In this document: positions 1-10,117 of the stretch, in pieces
Layout: the number at the start of each line of letters is the position of its first letter
Position numbering within the stretch: position 1 is the stretch's first letter
NCBI RefSeq assembly: GCF_000354175.2
Contig: NC_022349.1
Coordinates: 3,270,001 to 3,302,000, forward strand
Direction: 5' to 3'
DNA length: 32,000 nucleotides
From: Vibrio alginolyticus NBRC 15630 = ATCC 17749
Lineage (GTDB): Bacteria > Pseudomonadota > Gammaproteobacteria > Enterobacterales > Vibrionaceae
Notes under the pieces: generated by a model
The model's database searches: none
The model's input: only the letters and a program-made list of their open reading frames with translations
Told to the model about the DNA's origin: nothing
Position numbers and translations under genes: made by a program

Positions 1-261
1 CCGGGGCGTCAGAACAGTGGGTCAACAGTGTTTTCTTTTCCATAAATCAGGTACTTCCATGCATTAATATTTTAGCGTACGAATTTGTTATTATTCCCTG
101 GCGGGTGTAACTGTACTGCCATGTTTCACCATAAATAATCTATTCTTACGTTGGTTTCAACAAAATATCCGCGTGTCGCCGCAAGCTGGTCAGATTGTGG
201 GCTGATGTCACTCCTATTCCTCTGATATACTCTCGATAATTTTTCAAACTCAATACCAAGC

Positions 262-2202
262 ATGATCGCAAAAACTTTTTCCTCTGATGGCGCGTTAGGT
301 AAGGCCATTCCTGGCTTTCAAGCTCGTCAGCCACAAATCGATATGGCGGAAGCCGTCAGCAGTGCGATCAAAGATCAAACCCAGTTGGTGGTGGAGGCAG
401 GAACCGGAACCGGTAAGACCTTCGCATACCTAGTCCCTGCGCTGTTGAGCGGTAAAAAAGTGATCATCAGTACAGGCTCGAAAAACTTGCAAGAGCAGTT
501 GTACCATCGTGACTTACCGCTCATGGTCAATGCGCTTGGTTTTTATGGCCAAGTGGCGTTATTAAAAGGGCGTTCTAATTATCTGTGTTTGGATCGTTTG
601 AGCCGCCAAATGGTCGAAAGCCACACTAATGAATCTGACCCGACATTATTAACTCAACTTGTTAAAGTGCGTGCTTGGTCATCAGAAACCAAAACAGGTG
701 ACCTTGGGGATTGTGATGATCTACCAGAAGACAGCATGATCATTCCGACCATCACCTCAACCAATGATAACTGTTTAGGTAAAGAATGTCCGAGCTACAC
801 TGATTGCTTTGTATTGAAAGCGCGTAAGCGAGCCATGGATTCCGACATTGTTGTAGTGAACCATCACTTGTTTCTTGCTGATTTAGCGATCAAAGAAACA
901 GGATTCGGTGAACTGATTCCAGAAGCCGATGTGTTTATTTTTGATGAAGCTCATCAGTTGCCAGATATTGCGAGCGAATATTTCGGCCAGTCAGTTTCAA
1001 GCCGCCAAATTCACGATCTTGCCAAAGACATTGAAATAGCCTATCGCACCGAAGCCAAAGATATGCGTCAATTGCAAAAAGTGGGCGACAAACTCATGCA
1101 AAGCGCAATGGACATGCGGATTGTATTGGGTGAGCCAGGCTTTCGTGGCAACTGGCGTGAGGCGTTGCAATCAGGTTCTATTAAGCGAGAATTATTGCGC
1201 TTAACTGACAGCCTCGAATTGGCGATTGATGTACTCAAAATAGCCTTAGGGCGCAGTCAATTACTGGATACCGCCTTTGAACGAGCAAATTTGATCAAAG
1301 GCCGTATCGACCGGGTATGTGATGTCGATATTACCGGTTACTCATACTGGTACGATACCTCGCCTCGTCATTTCGCTCTGCACATTACGCCTCTTTCTGT
1401 CGCGGACAAGTTCCATGAGCAAATAGAGATTAAACAAGGCGCTTGGATTTTCACGTCAGCAACCCTAGCCGTATCGGGCGATTTCAAGCACTTTACTGAG
1501 CGCCTTGGCCTCAAGCCTACAAAGCAATTTTCTCTGCCGTCCCCCTTTGATTATCAAAAGCAAGCGCGCCTTTGTGTGCCAAGGTATTTGCCAGAGCCAA
1601 ACAGTAACGGCTTAGCGGATAAGTTAGTCCGAATGCTTGCTCCGGTGATTGAAGAAAATGATGGTCGCTGCTTCTTTTTATGTACCTCGCACAGCATGAT
1701 GCGTGAACTAGGTGAGAAGTTCCGAGAAGTACTTGAGCTGCCTGTGTTAATGCAAGGGGAGATGAGTAAGCAGAAAACCTTGGCGGAGTTTATGGAACTG
1801 GGTAACGCTTTACTCGTGGCGACGGGCGCTTTCTGGGAAGGGATTGATGTTAGAGGTGATGCGCTGAGCTGTGTTATTATCGACAAATTACCGTTTACCG
1901 CCCCTGACGATCCGTTACTCAAAGCCCGTATCGAGGATTGTCGATTACGTGGCGGTGAACCATTTGCTGAAGTACAAATCCCGGATGCAGTGATTACGTT
2001 AAAGCAGGGAGTCGGGCGATTAATTCGAGATCAGAAGGATCACGGTGCGTTGATCATTTGTGATAATCGCCTCGTCACGCGAGACTATGGTGGTATTTTC
2101 CTCGGAAGTCTACCACCTATCCCAAGGACGCGAGACTTAGATGGAATCAAAGCATTCCTGAAAGCAGAACAATCTGTCACAGACGCAAGTGCTGAGGCAT
2201 AA
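262..2202 (+). CDS. yoaA: ATP-dependent DNA helicase, DinG/YoaA (XPD-like Fe-S) family
   Basis: 646-aa ORF with Walker A 'EAGTGTGKTFAYL', DEAH box 'FIFDEAHQL' and a Cys-rich Fe-S region (CLDRL ... NCLGKECPSYTDCF). Size and N-terminus (DGALGKAIPGFQARQPQ) resemble E. coli YoaA rather than the longer DinG. It sits next to tsaB, as in E. coli. Confidence 0.85.
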   Translation: MIAKTFSSDGALGKAIPGFQARQPQIDMAEAVSSAIKDQTQLVVEAGTGTGKTFAYLVPALLSGKKVIISTGSKNLQEQLYHRDLPLMVNALGFYGQVALLKGRSNYLCLDRLSRQMVESHTNESDPTLLTQLVKVRAWSSETKTGDLGDCDDLPEDSMIIPTITSTNDNCLGKECPSYTDCFVLKARKRAMDSDIVVVNHHLFLADLAIKETGFGELIPEADVFIFDEAHQLPDIASEYFGQSVSSRQIHDLAKDIEIAYRTEAKDMRQLQKVGDKLMQSAMDMRIVLGEPGFRGNWREALQSGSIKRELLRLTDSLELAIDVLKIALGRSQLLDTAFERANLIKGRIDRVCDVDITGYSYWYDTSPRHFALHITPLSVADKFHEQIEIKQGAWIFTSATLAVSGDFKHFTERLGLKPTKQFSLPSPFDYQKQARLCVPRYLPEPNSNGLADKLVRMLAPVIEENDGRCFFLCTSHSMMRELGEKFREVLELPVLMQGEMSKQKTLAEFMELGNALLVATGAFWEGIDVRGDALSCVIIDKLPFTAPDDPLLKARIEDCRLRGGEPFAEVQIPDAVITLKQGVGRLIRDQKDHGALIICDNRLVTRDYGGIFLGSLPPIPRTRDLDGIKAFLKAEQSVTDASAEA

Positions 2203-2231
2203 CCCAATAAATGAGAGTTGTAGAGAGTTAA

Positions 2232-2933
2232 ATGAGCGCAAAAATTCTTGCTATCGATACAGCGACTGAAAACTGTTCAGTTGCGTTGTTGGCTAATGAT
2301 CAAGTGATTTCACGTAGCGCGGTTGCACCACGCGATCACACCAAAAAAGTACTGCCAATGGTTGATGAAGTACTCAAAGAAGCTGGCCTGACTCTACAAG
2401 AGCTGGATGCGTTAGCGTTTGGACGTGGTCCAGGTAGCTTTACTGGCGTTCGTATCGGTATTGGTATCGCACAAGGTTTGGCGTTCGGTGCTGACTTACC
2501 TATGATCGGCGTTTCAACGCTGGCTGCAATGGCTCAAGGTAGCTATCGCTTACATGGTGTGACCGATGTCGCTGTGGCTATTGACGCACGTATGGGTGAA
2601 GTTTACTGGGCACGTTACACTCGCCAAGCAAACGGTGAGTGGGCAGAGATGGATGCAGAGTGCGTAATTCCACCAGCACGTCTCGTTGAAGAAGCACAAG
2701 CAGACGACAAAACGTGGACGACAGCAGGTACTGGTTGGGATGCTTACCAAGAAGTATTAGCAGACCTACCGTTTAATTTGACGCATAGTGACGTTCTGTA
2801 CCCTGATTCACAAGACATCGTGATTCTTGCTGAACAAGAATTTAAAAAGGGTAATACCGTGCCGGTCGAAGATTCGAGCCCTGTTTATTTACGTGATAAT
2901 GTGACATGGAAAAAACTTCCTGGTCGCGAATAG
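2232..2933 (+). CDS. tsaB: tRNA threonylcarbamoyladenosine (t6A) biosynthesis protein TsaB (YeaZ)
   Basis: 233-aa ORF. The N-terminus '[17 protein letters not shown]' and '[19 protein letters not shown]' are typical of the YeaZ/TsaB ASKHA fold. Synteny with yoaA supports the call. Confidence 0.9.
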   Translation: MSAKILAIDTATENCSVALLANDQVISRSAVAPRDHTKKVLPMVDEVLKEAGLTLQELDALAFGRGPGSFTGVRIGIGIAQGLAFGADLPMIGVSTLAAMAQGSYRLHGVTDVAVAIDARMGEVYWARYTRQANGEWAEMDAECVIPPARLVEEAQADDKTWTTAGTGWDAYQEVLADLPFNLTHSDVLYPDSQDIVILAEQEFKKGNTVPVEDSSPVYLRDNVTWKKLPGRE

Positions 2934-2959
2934 TCCGTTTTTCATTAACCTGACAAAAA

Positions 2960-2983
2960 GCAGGGCGTTTGCCCTGTATTTTT
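2960..2983 (+). terminator. Candidate rho-independent terminator after tsaB
   Basis: Stem CAGGGC / GCCCTG (2961-2966 / 2971-2976), loop GTTT, followed by TATTTTT. The stem is short and the T-run is interrupted. The next ORF starts only 11 nt downstream. Confidence 0.45.
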
Positions 2984-2993
2984 ATGGAGTGCT

Positions 2994-3299
2994 ATGGCGT
3001 CGATTAATGGCTTGCCTCCTTCTTTGATTCCCGGTGCAAATCGCACTCATAAAGCCAGTCAAAAGAAGCAGGTAAATAAATCACAAACAAAGCAGCCTGT
3101 AGGTCAGCCTTCAAAGGTTGCTAACGCCGTGGCGCACTCCATAAAACACGTGGATGAGTCCCAAATTCACCGAGCTCAAGTGCAATATGACCTTCCTGAA
3201 GGGGGCGCACGTAAAGCAATGGAGCAGTACATGGATGTCATGAATCGAGCTAAAAAAGAGGAACTGGCTCAATTACTTGGTGTCGATATTTACGTGTGA
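2994..3299 (+). CDS. Small hypothetical protein (basic, Gln/Lys-rich N-terminus)
   Basis: 101-aa ORF with GGAG 7 nt upstream of the ATG. I recognise no family. The coding call rests only on ORF length, the RBS and its position between conserved genes. Confidence 0.5.
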   Translation: MASINGLPPSLIPGANRTHKASQKKQVNKSQTKQPVGQPSKVANAVAHSIKHVDESQIHRAQVQYDLPEGGARKAMEQYMDVMNRAKKEELAQLLGVDIYV

Positions 3300-3340
3300 G
3301 ATCTCCCCAGCTTGGGGTTACTAATATTGAAAGGTGGTTT

Positions 3341-3898
3341 ATGAAGGTTTTTGGACGGTTTTTTCTCGCATTATTTGCTACGGTTGGTTTGTCTGCGTGT
3401 AGCTCTTTGCCAGAGGAGCTAAATGCAAGCACAGAATTGGTCGTTACAGACTATAAAGCGTTTGCTGAGTCTCAGGGGCAAGTGAGTGAAGATGTTCGCC
3501 TTGGTGGAATCATCGCTAAAGTGGATAACTTTAAAGATAAAACGCGTCTAGAGATTGTAAACCTTCCTATCAGTGAGTCTGGTAAACCTGATATTGATGA
3601 AGAGCCTACGGGGCGTTTTGTCGCCTATTTTGATGGCTATTTAGAGCCTGTCGCCTTTAGTGAAGGCCGTTTGGTGACGGTTGTAGGCAAAGGAGCAGGG
3701 GAAGAAGAAGGAAAGATCGGTGAGCACGGTTACATCTTCCCAGTAATTAAGGGGGAAGGGTACCGTTTATGGAAAATTGAAGAACGTGTACGCATGTATG
3801 ACTCGCCAACCTACTTTTACCCATGTTACTCGATTAACTGCCGCATGTGGCGTAATGATTTCCCGCAAGACGGTAAAGTGATAAAACAGGTCAAATAA
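3341..3898 (+). CDS. Slp-family outer-membrane lipoprotein
   Basis: Start moved to the internal ATG at 3341 (RBS AAAGGTGG upstream), giving the signal peptide 'MKVFGRFFLALFATVGLSAC' with lipobox LSAC. The body (RLGGII..V....DKTRLEIVNLPI...GKPDI) aligns by eye with E. coli Slp/YeaY. E. coli has yeaY next to fadD and tsaB. Confidence 0.85.
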   Translation: MKVFGRFFLALFATVGLSACSSLPEELNASTELVVTDYKAFAESQGQVSEDVRLGGIIAKVDNFKDKTRLEIVNLPISESGKPDIDEEPTGRFVAYFDGYLEPVAFSEGRLVTVVGKGAGEEEGKIGEHGYIFPVIKGEGYRLWKIEERVRMYDSPTYFYPCYSINCRMWRNDFPQDGKVIKQVK

Positions 3899-3904
3899 TC
3901 TGCG

Positions 3905-4759
3905 ATGCATGAGCGTCAATTCGAGCTTCCTGCCGGCAAAATGGCAGCCCTTGAGATAGGGAACGAGAAAACGGCTGACTTGTCAGTCGTTTTTCTTCAT
4001 GGGTGGTTAGATAATGCGGGCAGCTTTAAAGCGCTCATGGAGCAGTTGAATCAACTTAATCCTCACTTACACCTCCTCGCCATCGATCATTTTGGTCACG
4101 GTTTATCGAGTCATAAATCTCACGATAATTATTACCCCTTTCACGACTATATTGCCGATTTGTATCAGTTTTTGGACGAATTATCACCAAACAGACTGAT
4201 ATTAGTAGGGCATTCACTTGGTGCTTTAATCGCAAGTTGCTATAGTGCAGCGTTTCCAGAGCAGGTCGAAGCTCTTGTGCAAATTGAGGGAGCAGGACCT
4301 CTTCATGAGGATCCTACTAACAGTTTGCCTCGTCTTCGCGATGGCGTTTTAAGTCGAATAAGACAGCAAAACAAGCCAGAGCGAGCCATTGCCTCCTTCG
4401 ATCTGGCGTTAAAATTACGCATGCAAGCCAACCAATTAACCGCTGAGCAACTTCTACCGATAGTCGAGCGTGGAACAGAGCAGCGAGGAGATAAATGGTA
4501 TTGGCGGCATGACGCCAAGTTAAAATGTGCGTCGCTTTACCGAATGGCGCAAGCGCATGCTAACTCGATTACCAGCCAAATACGTTGTCCTCATTTGATT
4601 GTATTAGGCGATCAAGGATTTCAGAATTTACCATCTAACCAAGCTGATTGGGGAGAGAACCCACCGCAAGTGGTTTCTGTCAAGGGTGGTCATCACTGTC
4701 ATTTAGAGCAAATACTCGAGGTCGCAACGCGAATTCTTGGTGTAGTTAACAAAATTTAA
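3905..4759 (+). CDS. Alpha/beta-fold hydrolase
   Basis: 284-aa ORF with oxyanion-region 'VVFLHGWLDN', nucleophile elbow 'GHSLGA' and a C-terminal 'GGHHCHLE' His region. The start is uncertain (ATG 3905 or ATG 3941). Confidence 0.8.
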   Translation: MHERQFELPAGKMAALEIGNEKTADLSVVFLHGWLDNAGSFKALMEQLNQLNPHLHLLAIDHFGHGLSSHKSHDNYYPFHDYIADLYQFLDELSPNRLILVGHSLGALIASCYSAAFPEQVEALVQIEGAGPLHEDPTNSLPRLRDGVLSRIRQQNKPERAIASFDLALKLRMQANQLTAEQLLPIVERGTEQRGDKWYWRHDAKLKCASLYRMAQAHANSITSQIRCPHLIVLGDQGFQNLPSNQADWGENPPQVVSVKGGHHCHLEQILEVATRILGVVNKI

Positions 4760-4865
4760 ACAAGTGTTTGAGAGTTGCGTGCTCAAGCACGTTCGCTGTG
4801 CTGTAATAGCTTTCAAAATAAAAAGGACGCTATTTTTTAGCCAGTTATAAACGAGGAGTAACATC

Positions 4866-6557
4866 GTGGATAAACCATGGCTTTCACGTTATCCAAGTGA
4901 CGTACCTGAAACCATTAATCCAGAGCAATATGAGTCTTTGGTAGAAATGTTTGAACAGTCTGTACAAAAATATGCAGACCAACCAGCATTCATGAACATG
5001 GGCTCGGTTATGACCTTCCGTAAATTGGAAGAGCGTAGTCGCGCATTCGCAGCGTATCTGCAAAACGAGTTAAAACTGCAAAAGGGTGACCGTGTTGCTC
5101 TGATGATGCCAAACCTACTGCAATACCCAGTGGCGTTGTTTGGTATTTTGCGTGCAGGTTGTATCGCCGTAAACGTTAACCCACTTTACACTCCTCGTGA
5201 ACTTGAACACCAATTGAATGACTCAGGTGCGACGACGATTGTGATTGTGTCTAACTTTGCGAATACGTTAGAACAAATTGTCGATAAAACACCAGTCAAA
5301 CACGTAGTGTTAACCAGTCTTGGTCAAATGCTGCCACGAGCGAAAGGTACGATTGTCGATTTTGTCGTGAAGTACGTTAAGGGCATGGTGCCTAAGTACG
5401 ATTTACCTGGTGCAATCTCAATGCGTCAGGCTCTACGTAAAGGTCGTCGTCTACAATACGTTAAACCGTTTATGTCTGGGGATGACATTGCATTCCTGCA
5501 ATATACGGGGGGGACGACAGGTGTCGCGAAAGGTGCGATTCTGACTCATCGCAACATGATTGCGAACGTTCTACAGGCAAAAGGCGCGTACGGACCGGTT
5601 TTATCTCCGGGGCGTGAATTAGTCGTAACAGCGTTACCGCTGTATCACGTATTTGCTCTTACCGTAAACTGTCTGCTGTTTGTCGAAATGGGTGGTCGTA
5701 ACTTACTTATTACCAACCCTAGAGATATTCCAGGGTTCGTGAAAGAGCTACAAAAGCATCCGTTTACTGCGATTACGGGCGTGAATACCTTATTTAATGC
5801 ATTGGTCAACAATGAAGATTTCCACGAGTTGGATTTCAGTAATCTACGTTTAGCCGTTGGCGGCGGCATGGCAGTGCAGCGCTCAGTGGCAGAAAGATGG
5901 CAAAAGACCACGGGTTGCTATTTGCTCGAAGGTTACGGTCTAACAGAGTGTTCTCCGTTGGTGGCGGCATATCCGCATGATCTTGTTGAATACAATGGCT
6001 CTATTGGTCTGCCGGTACCATCAACAGAAGTTCGTATCGTGGACGAAGAAGGCAACGCTCTTGCGAATACTGAAACTGGTGAACTTCAAGTTCGTGGTCC
6101 TCAGGTTATGCAAGGTTACTGGCAACGACCTGAAGCAACGAAAGATACGATTAACGAAGACGGCTGGCTATCAACTGGCGACATCGTTAAGTTCGATGAC
6201 GAAGGCTTCCTGCATATCGTTGACCGTAAGAAAGACATGATCTTAGTATCAGGCTTTAATGTTTACCCGAACGAAATTGAAGACGTTGTAGCACTACACG
6301 GCAAAGTACTTGAAGTTGCTGCTATTGGTCAGCCGCATGAAGTGTCTGGTGAATTAGTGAAGATTTATGTCGTGAAACGCGATCCGAGCTTGACCAAAGA
6401 CGAAGTGATCGCGCATTGTCGAGAACACCTAACTGGCTACAAAGTTCCGAAGTTGGTTGAATTCCGCGAAGACTTACCTAAAACCAATGTCGGTAAGATC
6501 TTGCGTCGTGTTTTACGCGAAGAGAATGACGCTGAACTTGCGAAGAAAAGCGCATAA
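4866..6557 (+). CDS. fadD: Long-chain-fatty-acid--CoA ligase
   Basis: 563-aa ORF with a GTG start and GGAG 9 nt upstream. The N-terminus '[24 protein letters not shown]' parallels E. coli FadD. AMP-binding motifs '[12 protein letters not shown]' and 'GYGLTE' are present. It sits next to rnd, as in E. coli. Confidence 0.93.
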   Translation: MDKPWLSRYPSDVPETINPEQYESLVEMFEQSVQKYADQPAFMNMGSVMTFRKLEERSRAFAAYLQNELKLQKGDRVALMMPNLLQYPVALFGILRAGCIAVNVNPLYTPRELEHQLNDSGATTIVIVSNFANTLEQIVDKTPVKHVVLTSLGQMLPRAKGTIVDFVVKYVKGMVPKYDLPGAISMRQALRKGRRLQYVKPFMSGDDIAFLQYTGGTTGVAKGAILTHRNMIANVLQAKGAYGPVLSPGRELVVTALPLYHVFALTVNCLLFVEMGGRNLLITNPRDIPGFVKELQKHPFTAITGVNTLFNALVNNEDFHELDFSNLRLAVGGGMAVQRSVAERWQKTTGCYLLEGYGLTECSPLVAAYPHDLVEYNGSIGLPVPSTEVRIVDEEGNALANTETGELQVRGPQVMQGYWQRPEATKDTINEDGWLSTGDIVKFDDEGFLHIVDRKKDMILVSGFNVYPNEIEDVVALHGKVLEVAAIGQPHEVSGELVKIYVVKRDPSLTKDEVIAHCREHLTGYKVPKLVEFREDLPKTNVGKILRRVLREENDAELAKKSA

Positions 6558-6596
6558 GCCGATTTCGTCGAGTCGAGAGATTTAAAAAATGATAGA

Positions 6597-6622
6597 ATGC
6601 CAGCGTTTTGCTGGCATTTTTT
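6597..6622 (+). terminator. Rho-independent terminator of fadD (also the upstream hairpin/U-tract of rnd)
   Basis: 8-bp stem ATGCCAGC / GCTGGCAT (6597-6604 / 6610-6617), 5-nt loop, then a T-run to 6622. Confidence 0.8.
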
Positions 6623-6636
6623 ATAGCGAGAAGTAT

Positions 6637-7755
6637 GTGAACTATCAAATTATTACTAAAAACAAAGACCTAGAAGAGGTTTGCACTCATGCCCGAGAGG
6701 CAGACGTAGTGATGCTGGATACCGAATTCGTTCGTATTCGCACTTTCTACCCGCAGTTAGGTCTGATTCAGCTTTTCGATGGTAATCGCCTCTCGCTGAT
6801 TGATCCGACTGAATTAACGGATATGACGCCGTTTGTAGCGCTATTAAAAGATACTTCTGTGCTAAAAGTGCTGCACGCATGTGGTGAAGATTTAGAAGTT
6901 TTCCAAAACGCTTTTGGTTGTACACCATTCCCTATGGTGGATACGCAGCTGATGGCCGCTTTTCTCGGTCACGGCCTATCGACAGGCTTCGCATCGCTGG
7001 TGGAAGAATATTTAGGCGTAGAGCTCGACAAAAGTGAATCACGTACCGACTGGATGGCTCGTCCACTGACACAAAAGCAATTAGATTATGCTGCCGCAGA
7101 TGTTCATTACTTGTTACCGTTATACGAAAAGCTGTTCGATAAGGTGACGCAAGCAGGTTGGTGGGAAGCTGTACAGCAAGAAAGTGATTTACTCGTTTCG
7201 AAACGTATTCGCGTAACCAATGAAGAGAATGCCTACCTTGATATTAAGGGCGCTTGGCAATTAAAACCTTCTGAGCTGGCGATTTTAAAGCCATTGGCGA
7301 CGTGGCGTTATCGTGAAGCAATCAAACGAGATTTAGCGCTGAACTTTATCTTCAAAGAAGGTGATCTATTAACGGTCGCTCGTCTTGGTTTAACGAACTT
7401 TAAGAAGATGGAAGCAGAAGATATTGATATCCGAGCGATTAACCGCCATGGCGCGAAGATTGCCGCGATTGTTAAACAAGCGAAGCAAACACCTTCTGAA
7501 GAGTATCCTGCGAAAATTGAGCGTTTAATGGACTATCCGGGTTACAAGCAGGTCTTCAAAAATATGAAAGACTTGGTGAAATCGGCTTCGCAGAAGTCAG
7601 GTTTAGCCACGGAGTTCCTTGCCTCTAAAAAGCAGATCAATCAGTTGATCAGTTGGGTTTGGAAAAAAGATCGTGACCCAGAAGTATTGCCTGATTTGAT
7701 GCAAGGGTGGCGTTTGGATTTACTCGGCGACAAGATGAACAAAGCATTAAAGTAA
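6637..7755 (+). CDS. rnd: Ribonuclease D
   Basis: The ORF-track start (6589) lies inside the fadD terminator, so the start is moved to the in-frame GTG at 6637. This gives 'NYQIITKNKDLEEVC', which parallels the E. coli RNase D N-terminus. DEDD 3'-5' exonuclease motifs (MLDTEF, HACGEDLEV, YAAADVHYL) are followed by an HRDC-like C-terminus. Confidence 0.9.
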   Translation: MNYQIITKNKDLEEVCTHAREADVVMLDTEFVRIRTFYPQLGLIQLFDGNRLSLIDPTELTDMTPFVALLKDTSVLKVLHACGEDLEVFQNAFGCTPFPMVDTQLMAAFLGHGLSTGFASLVEEYLGVELDKSESRTDWMARPLTQKQLDYAAADVHYLLPLYEKLFDKVTQAGWWEAVQQESDLLVSKRIRVTNEENAYLDIKGAWQLKPSELAILKPLATWRYREAIKRDLALNFIFKEGDLLTVARLGLTNFKKMEAEDIDIRAINRHGAKIAAIVKQAKQTPSEEYPAKIERLMDYPGYKQVFKNMKDLVKSASQKSGLATEFLASKKQINQLISWVWKKDRDPEVLPDLMQGWRLDLLGDKMNKALK

Positions 7756-7765
7756 TGAAAGATGA

Positions 7766-7794
7766 AAAAGGTTGGCCTCGATGCCAACCTTTTT
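7766..7794. terminator. Bidirectional terminator between convergent rnd and minE
   Basis: Stem AAAAGGTTGGC / GCCAACCTTTT (7766-7776 / 7783-7793) with loop CTCGAT. A-run and T-run flanks give a U-tract on both strands. Confidence 0.8.
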
Positions 7795-7832
7795 CGTTCT
7801 AATTAGAGCATTCGTCTTGCGAGAGAAACTGA

Positions 7833-8096
7833 TTACTTTTCTTCGTCTGGTAGCTTCACATTTAGCTCAAGAACTGAGATATCGTCGTCTTTGTGCTCAA
7901 ATGTTAAGTCAACCATATTTGGATCAATTGCCACGTACTTGCTGATCACCTTCAAGATGTCTTCTTTTAATTGAGGCAAGTAAGACGGCGCAGGATCATT
8001 TTGGCTGCGGCGCTCTGCGACAATGATTTGCAAACGCTCTTTAGCTAGATTCGCAGAAGTTTTCTTCTGTGGACGGAAAAATTCTAATAATGACAT
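7833..8096 (-). CDS. minE: Cell division topological specificity factor MinE
   Basis: 87-aa ORF, '[29 protein letters not shown]'. It lies immediately downstream of minD. Confidence 0.95.
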   Translation of the reverse strand: MSLLEFFRPQKKTSANLAKERLQIIVAERRSQNDPAPSYLPQLKEDILKVISKYVAIDPNMVDLTFEHKDDDISVLELNVKLPDEEK

Positions 8097-8098
8097 GT

Positions 8099-8911
8099 CT
8101 AGCCTCCAAAGAGTCGTTTAAAGAGTCCTTTCTTCTCCTCAGTAAGGAAACGAAATTCAACCTGATTGCCTAATAAGCGATCAACGGTGTCAGAATAAGC
8201 CATACCCGCATCGGTGTTATCGTCAAAAGTGACTGGCACACCTTTGTTTGACGCGTTAAGCACGGCTTGGCTTTCTGGAATCACGCCCAGTAGTGGAATA
8301 TGTAAGATCTCCTCTACGTCTTCAACGCTTAGCATTTCGCCTTGAGTGACGCGAGATGGGTTGTAGCGAGTCAGTAGAAGGTGCTGTTTTACTGGCTCTA
8401 GCCCTTGTTCTGCACGCAGTGACTTGGAATCTAAAATACCGAGAATGCGGTCAGAGTCACGCACAGAAGAGACTTCTGGGTTCGTTGTGACAATGGCTTC
8501 ATCGGCATAGTACAAGGCCATTAACGCGCCTTGCTCGATACCTGCTGGTGAATCACAAATAATGAAATCAAAGCCCATTTCATCAAGTTCGCCGAATACG
8601 CGCTGAACACCATCTTTTGTCAGTGCGTCTTTATCACGAGTTTGAGAAGCAGGAAGAATAAATAGGTTGTCCGTGCGCTTATCTTTGATCAGCGCTTGGT
8701 TTAATGTCGCTTCGCCGTTAATGACGTTCACAAAGTCATACACGACGCGGCGCTCACAGCCCATGATTAGATCGAGGTTACGCAAACCGATGTCAAAATC
8801 GATCACCGCGGTCTTTTTTCCCTTAAGAGCTAGACCAGAGGCGATGGCTGCGCTTGAAGTGGTTTTACCAACGCCACCTTTACCAGACGTTACTACAATA
8901 ATGCGTGCCAT
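8099..8911 (-). CDS. minD: Septum site-determining ATPase MinD
   Basis: 270-aa ORF with deviant Walker A '[10 protein letters not shown]' and a C-terminal amphipathic helix '[11 protein letters not shown]'. Confidence 0.97.
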   Translation of the reverse strand: MARIIVVTSGKGGVGKTTSSAAIASGLALKGKKTAVIDFDIGLRNLDLIMGCERRVVYDFVNVINGEATLNQALIKDKRTDNLFILPASQTRDKDALTKDGVQRVFGELDEMGFDFIICDSPAGIEQGALMALYYADEAIVTTNPEVSSVRDSDRILGILDSKSLRAEQGLEPVKQHLLLTRYNPSRVTQGEMLSVEDVEEILHIPLLGVIPESQAVLNASNKGVPVTFDDNTDAGMAYSDTVDRLLGNQVEFRFLTEEKKGLFKRLFGG

Positions 8912-8927
8912 TTTTTTCCTTTTTAGA

Positions 8928-9590
8928 TTAAATCGCGAGAACTTCTAAATGTAATGATTCATCGGCTTTACTGATCATTACTTTCTTTTGCCAGTACTCG
9001 CTTTCAATTTGATCGCTTAACCAGTAGTCACCCGCAATGGATACCAGTTCTGCTTGTAAATCGTGGCAAATAATACGCGCTTCCTGCTGACCACTTGCTC
9101 CTGCAATCGCACGACCTCGAAGTGTGCCATGGATATGAATAGAGCCGTCAGCAATGACTTCAGCACCTGCACTTACGTGCGCTAGCACCACCAAATCACC
9201 ATCTTTTGCGTAGATCTGTTGTCCTGAGCGGACAGGCGTACGAACTACTTTCGTTGGTGCCATTTTGGCAGGTGCTTGGCTTGGCGATTTGCTCGCCGAC
9301 ATAATGGCGAAGCCAGCTTCGGAAGCAAGGTTTTGTACACGCTTGTCTTTACAGCCCGTTACACCGACTGGAATAAAACCGGCATCTGAGATGCCTTGTT
9401 TAAGCTTAGGGAAATCAATGTCGCCTTGTACTTTTGCTATATTGATTACCAAAGGCGCGGATGCAAAAAAAGAAGGTGCTTGAGAAACTTTTTCTTGCAA
9501 AAATTCGACAGTCTTTGCGATCTCATTGTCAGAAAGGTGTAAAACTGACAATGTAAAACTGCTACCTTTAAGGTCTGGTGAATGGGTCAT
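8928..9590 (-). CDS. minC: Septum site-determining protein MinC
   Basis: 220-aa ORF with the C-terminal beta-helix region '[24 protein letters not shown]'. It heads the minCDE operon. Confidence 0.93.
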   Translation of the reverse strand: MTHSPDLKGSSFTLSVLHLSDNEIAKTVEFLQEKVSQAPSFFASAPLVINIAKVQGDIDFPKLKQGISDAGFIPVGVTGCKDKRVQNLASEAGFAIMSASKSPSQAPAKMAPTKVVRTPVRSGQQIYAKDGDLVVLAHVSAGAEVIADGSIHIHGTLRGRAIAGASGQQEARIICHDLQAELVSIAGDYWLSDQIESEYWQKKVMISKADESLHLEVLAI

Positions 9591-9787
9591 CGTGGACTTC
9601 TTGCCTTTATTGAAAGAGCGTTGCCTTAAACTAGGTATGTCATGTTATATTTCATCCTTTGACGCAGCAAGTTCTCTCGTGGGCAAATAGGTGAATTAAT
9701 CTCAAATTTGCTATTAAGTTTGCGAGAATTTGACGTTTACAACCTAATCCGCACTCAACGCGGCTAAATCAGCATAAAAGGCGTGTC

Positions 9788-10069
9788 ATGCTTTGTTCTA
9801 TTTATAAAAGCTCGAAAAAAGAAGGTACTTATCTCTATATTCCGAAAAAGGATGATTTTTCACAGGTTCCTGACACCTTAATGCAGATGTTCGGTAAGCC
9901 TATCGCTGTCATGACGATTAAACTTGATGGCCGTAAATTGGCACAAGTTGATATCGAAAAAGTGAAGGCTTCATTACAAAATGATGGCTTCTTTCTTCAG
10001 GTTCCACCGCCGCCGGAGAACCTATTAGAAAAGTACAAAGAACAAAAAGCCCAGCAGAAAGGCGAATAA
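9788..10069 (+). CDS. ycgL: YcgL domain-containing protein
   Basis: 93-aa ORF, '[36 protein letters not shown]', matching the YcgL family as I recall it. It is divergent from minC, as in enterobacteria. Confidence 0.8.
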   Translation: MLCSIYKSSKKEGTYLYIPKKDDFSQVPDTLMQMFGKPIAVMTIKLDGRKLAQVDIEKVKASLQNDGFFLQVPPPPENLLEKYKEQKAQQKGE

Positions 10070-10117
10070 CGTCATCGTTTTTCATCTGGGATTTCTGCCT
10101 TGCTCAAGGAGGGCAAT

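Noticed and set aside
1-43. Possible 5' end of a minus-strand gene leaving the window (ATG at 43: MEKKTLLTHCSDAP...).
   Set aside because: Only 14 codons are visible and the RBS is weak. This cannot be supported as a feature.
100-261. Search for a LexA (SOS) box upstream of the DinG/YoaA-family helicase. CTGT at about 111 looked promising.
   Set aside because: CTGT-N8 is followed by GTTT, not ACAG. No CTGT-N8-ACAG match was seen in the region.
126-334. Two overlapping 60-62 aa minus-strand ORFs upstream of and overlapping the yoaA start.
   Set aside because: They overlap each other and the yoaA 5' end, and have no RBS or recognisable family. They are most likely chance ORFs in the promoter region.
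1554-1922. Antisense or out-of-frame ORFs nested inside larger genes. Examples: 1554-1922, 2550-2750, 4303-4518, 5645-5911, 5977-6240, 6656-6928, 8667-8948, 9265-9483, 10895-11122, 12942-13346, 13651-13905, 17712-18089, 19210-19524, 22197-22517, 22639-22956, 26697-26891, 28867-29172, 31204-31479.
   Set aside because: Each lies wholly within a longer ORF that has clear family motifs on the other strand or frame. None has recognisable motifs or an RBS. The low-complexity Ser/Ala/Thr/Cys-rich translations are typical of shadow ORFs.
4760-4865. FadR operator upstream of fadD, plus the palindrome CGTGCT-CA-AGCACG (4778-4791) as a terminator for the hydrolase gene.
   Set aside because: Only a half-site-like AACTGG (reverse strand near 4838-4850) is present, without the second half. 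The palindrome has a 2-nt spacer and no T-tract, so it is neither a credible terminator nor a known operator.
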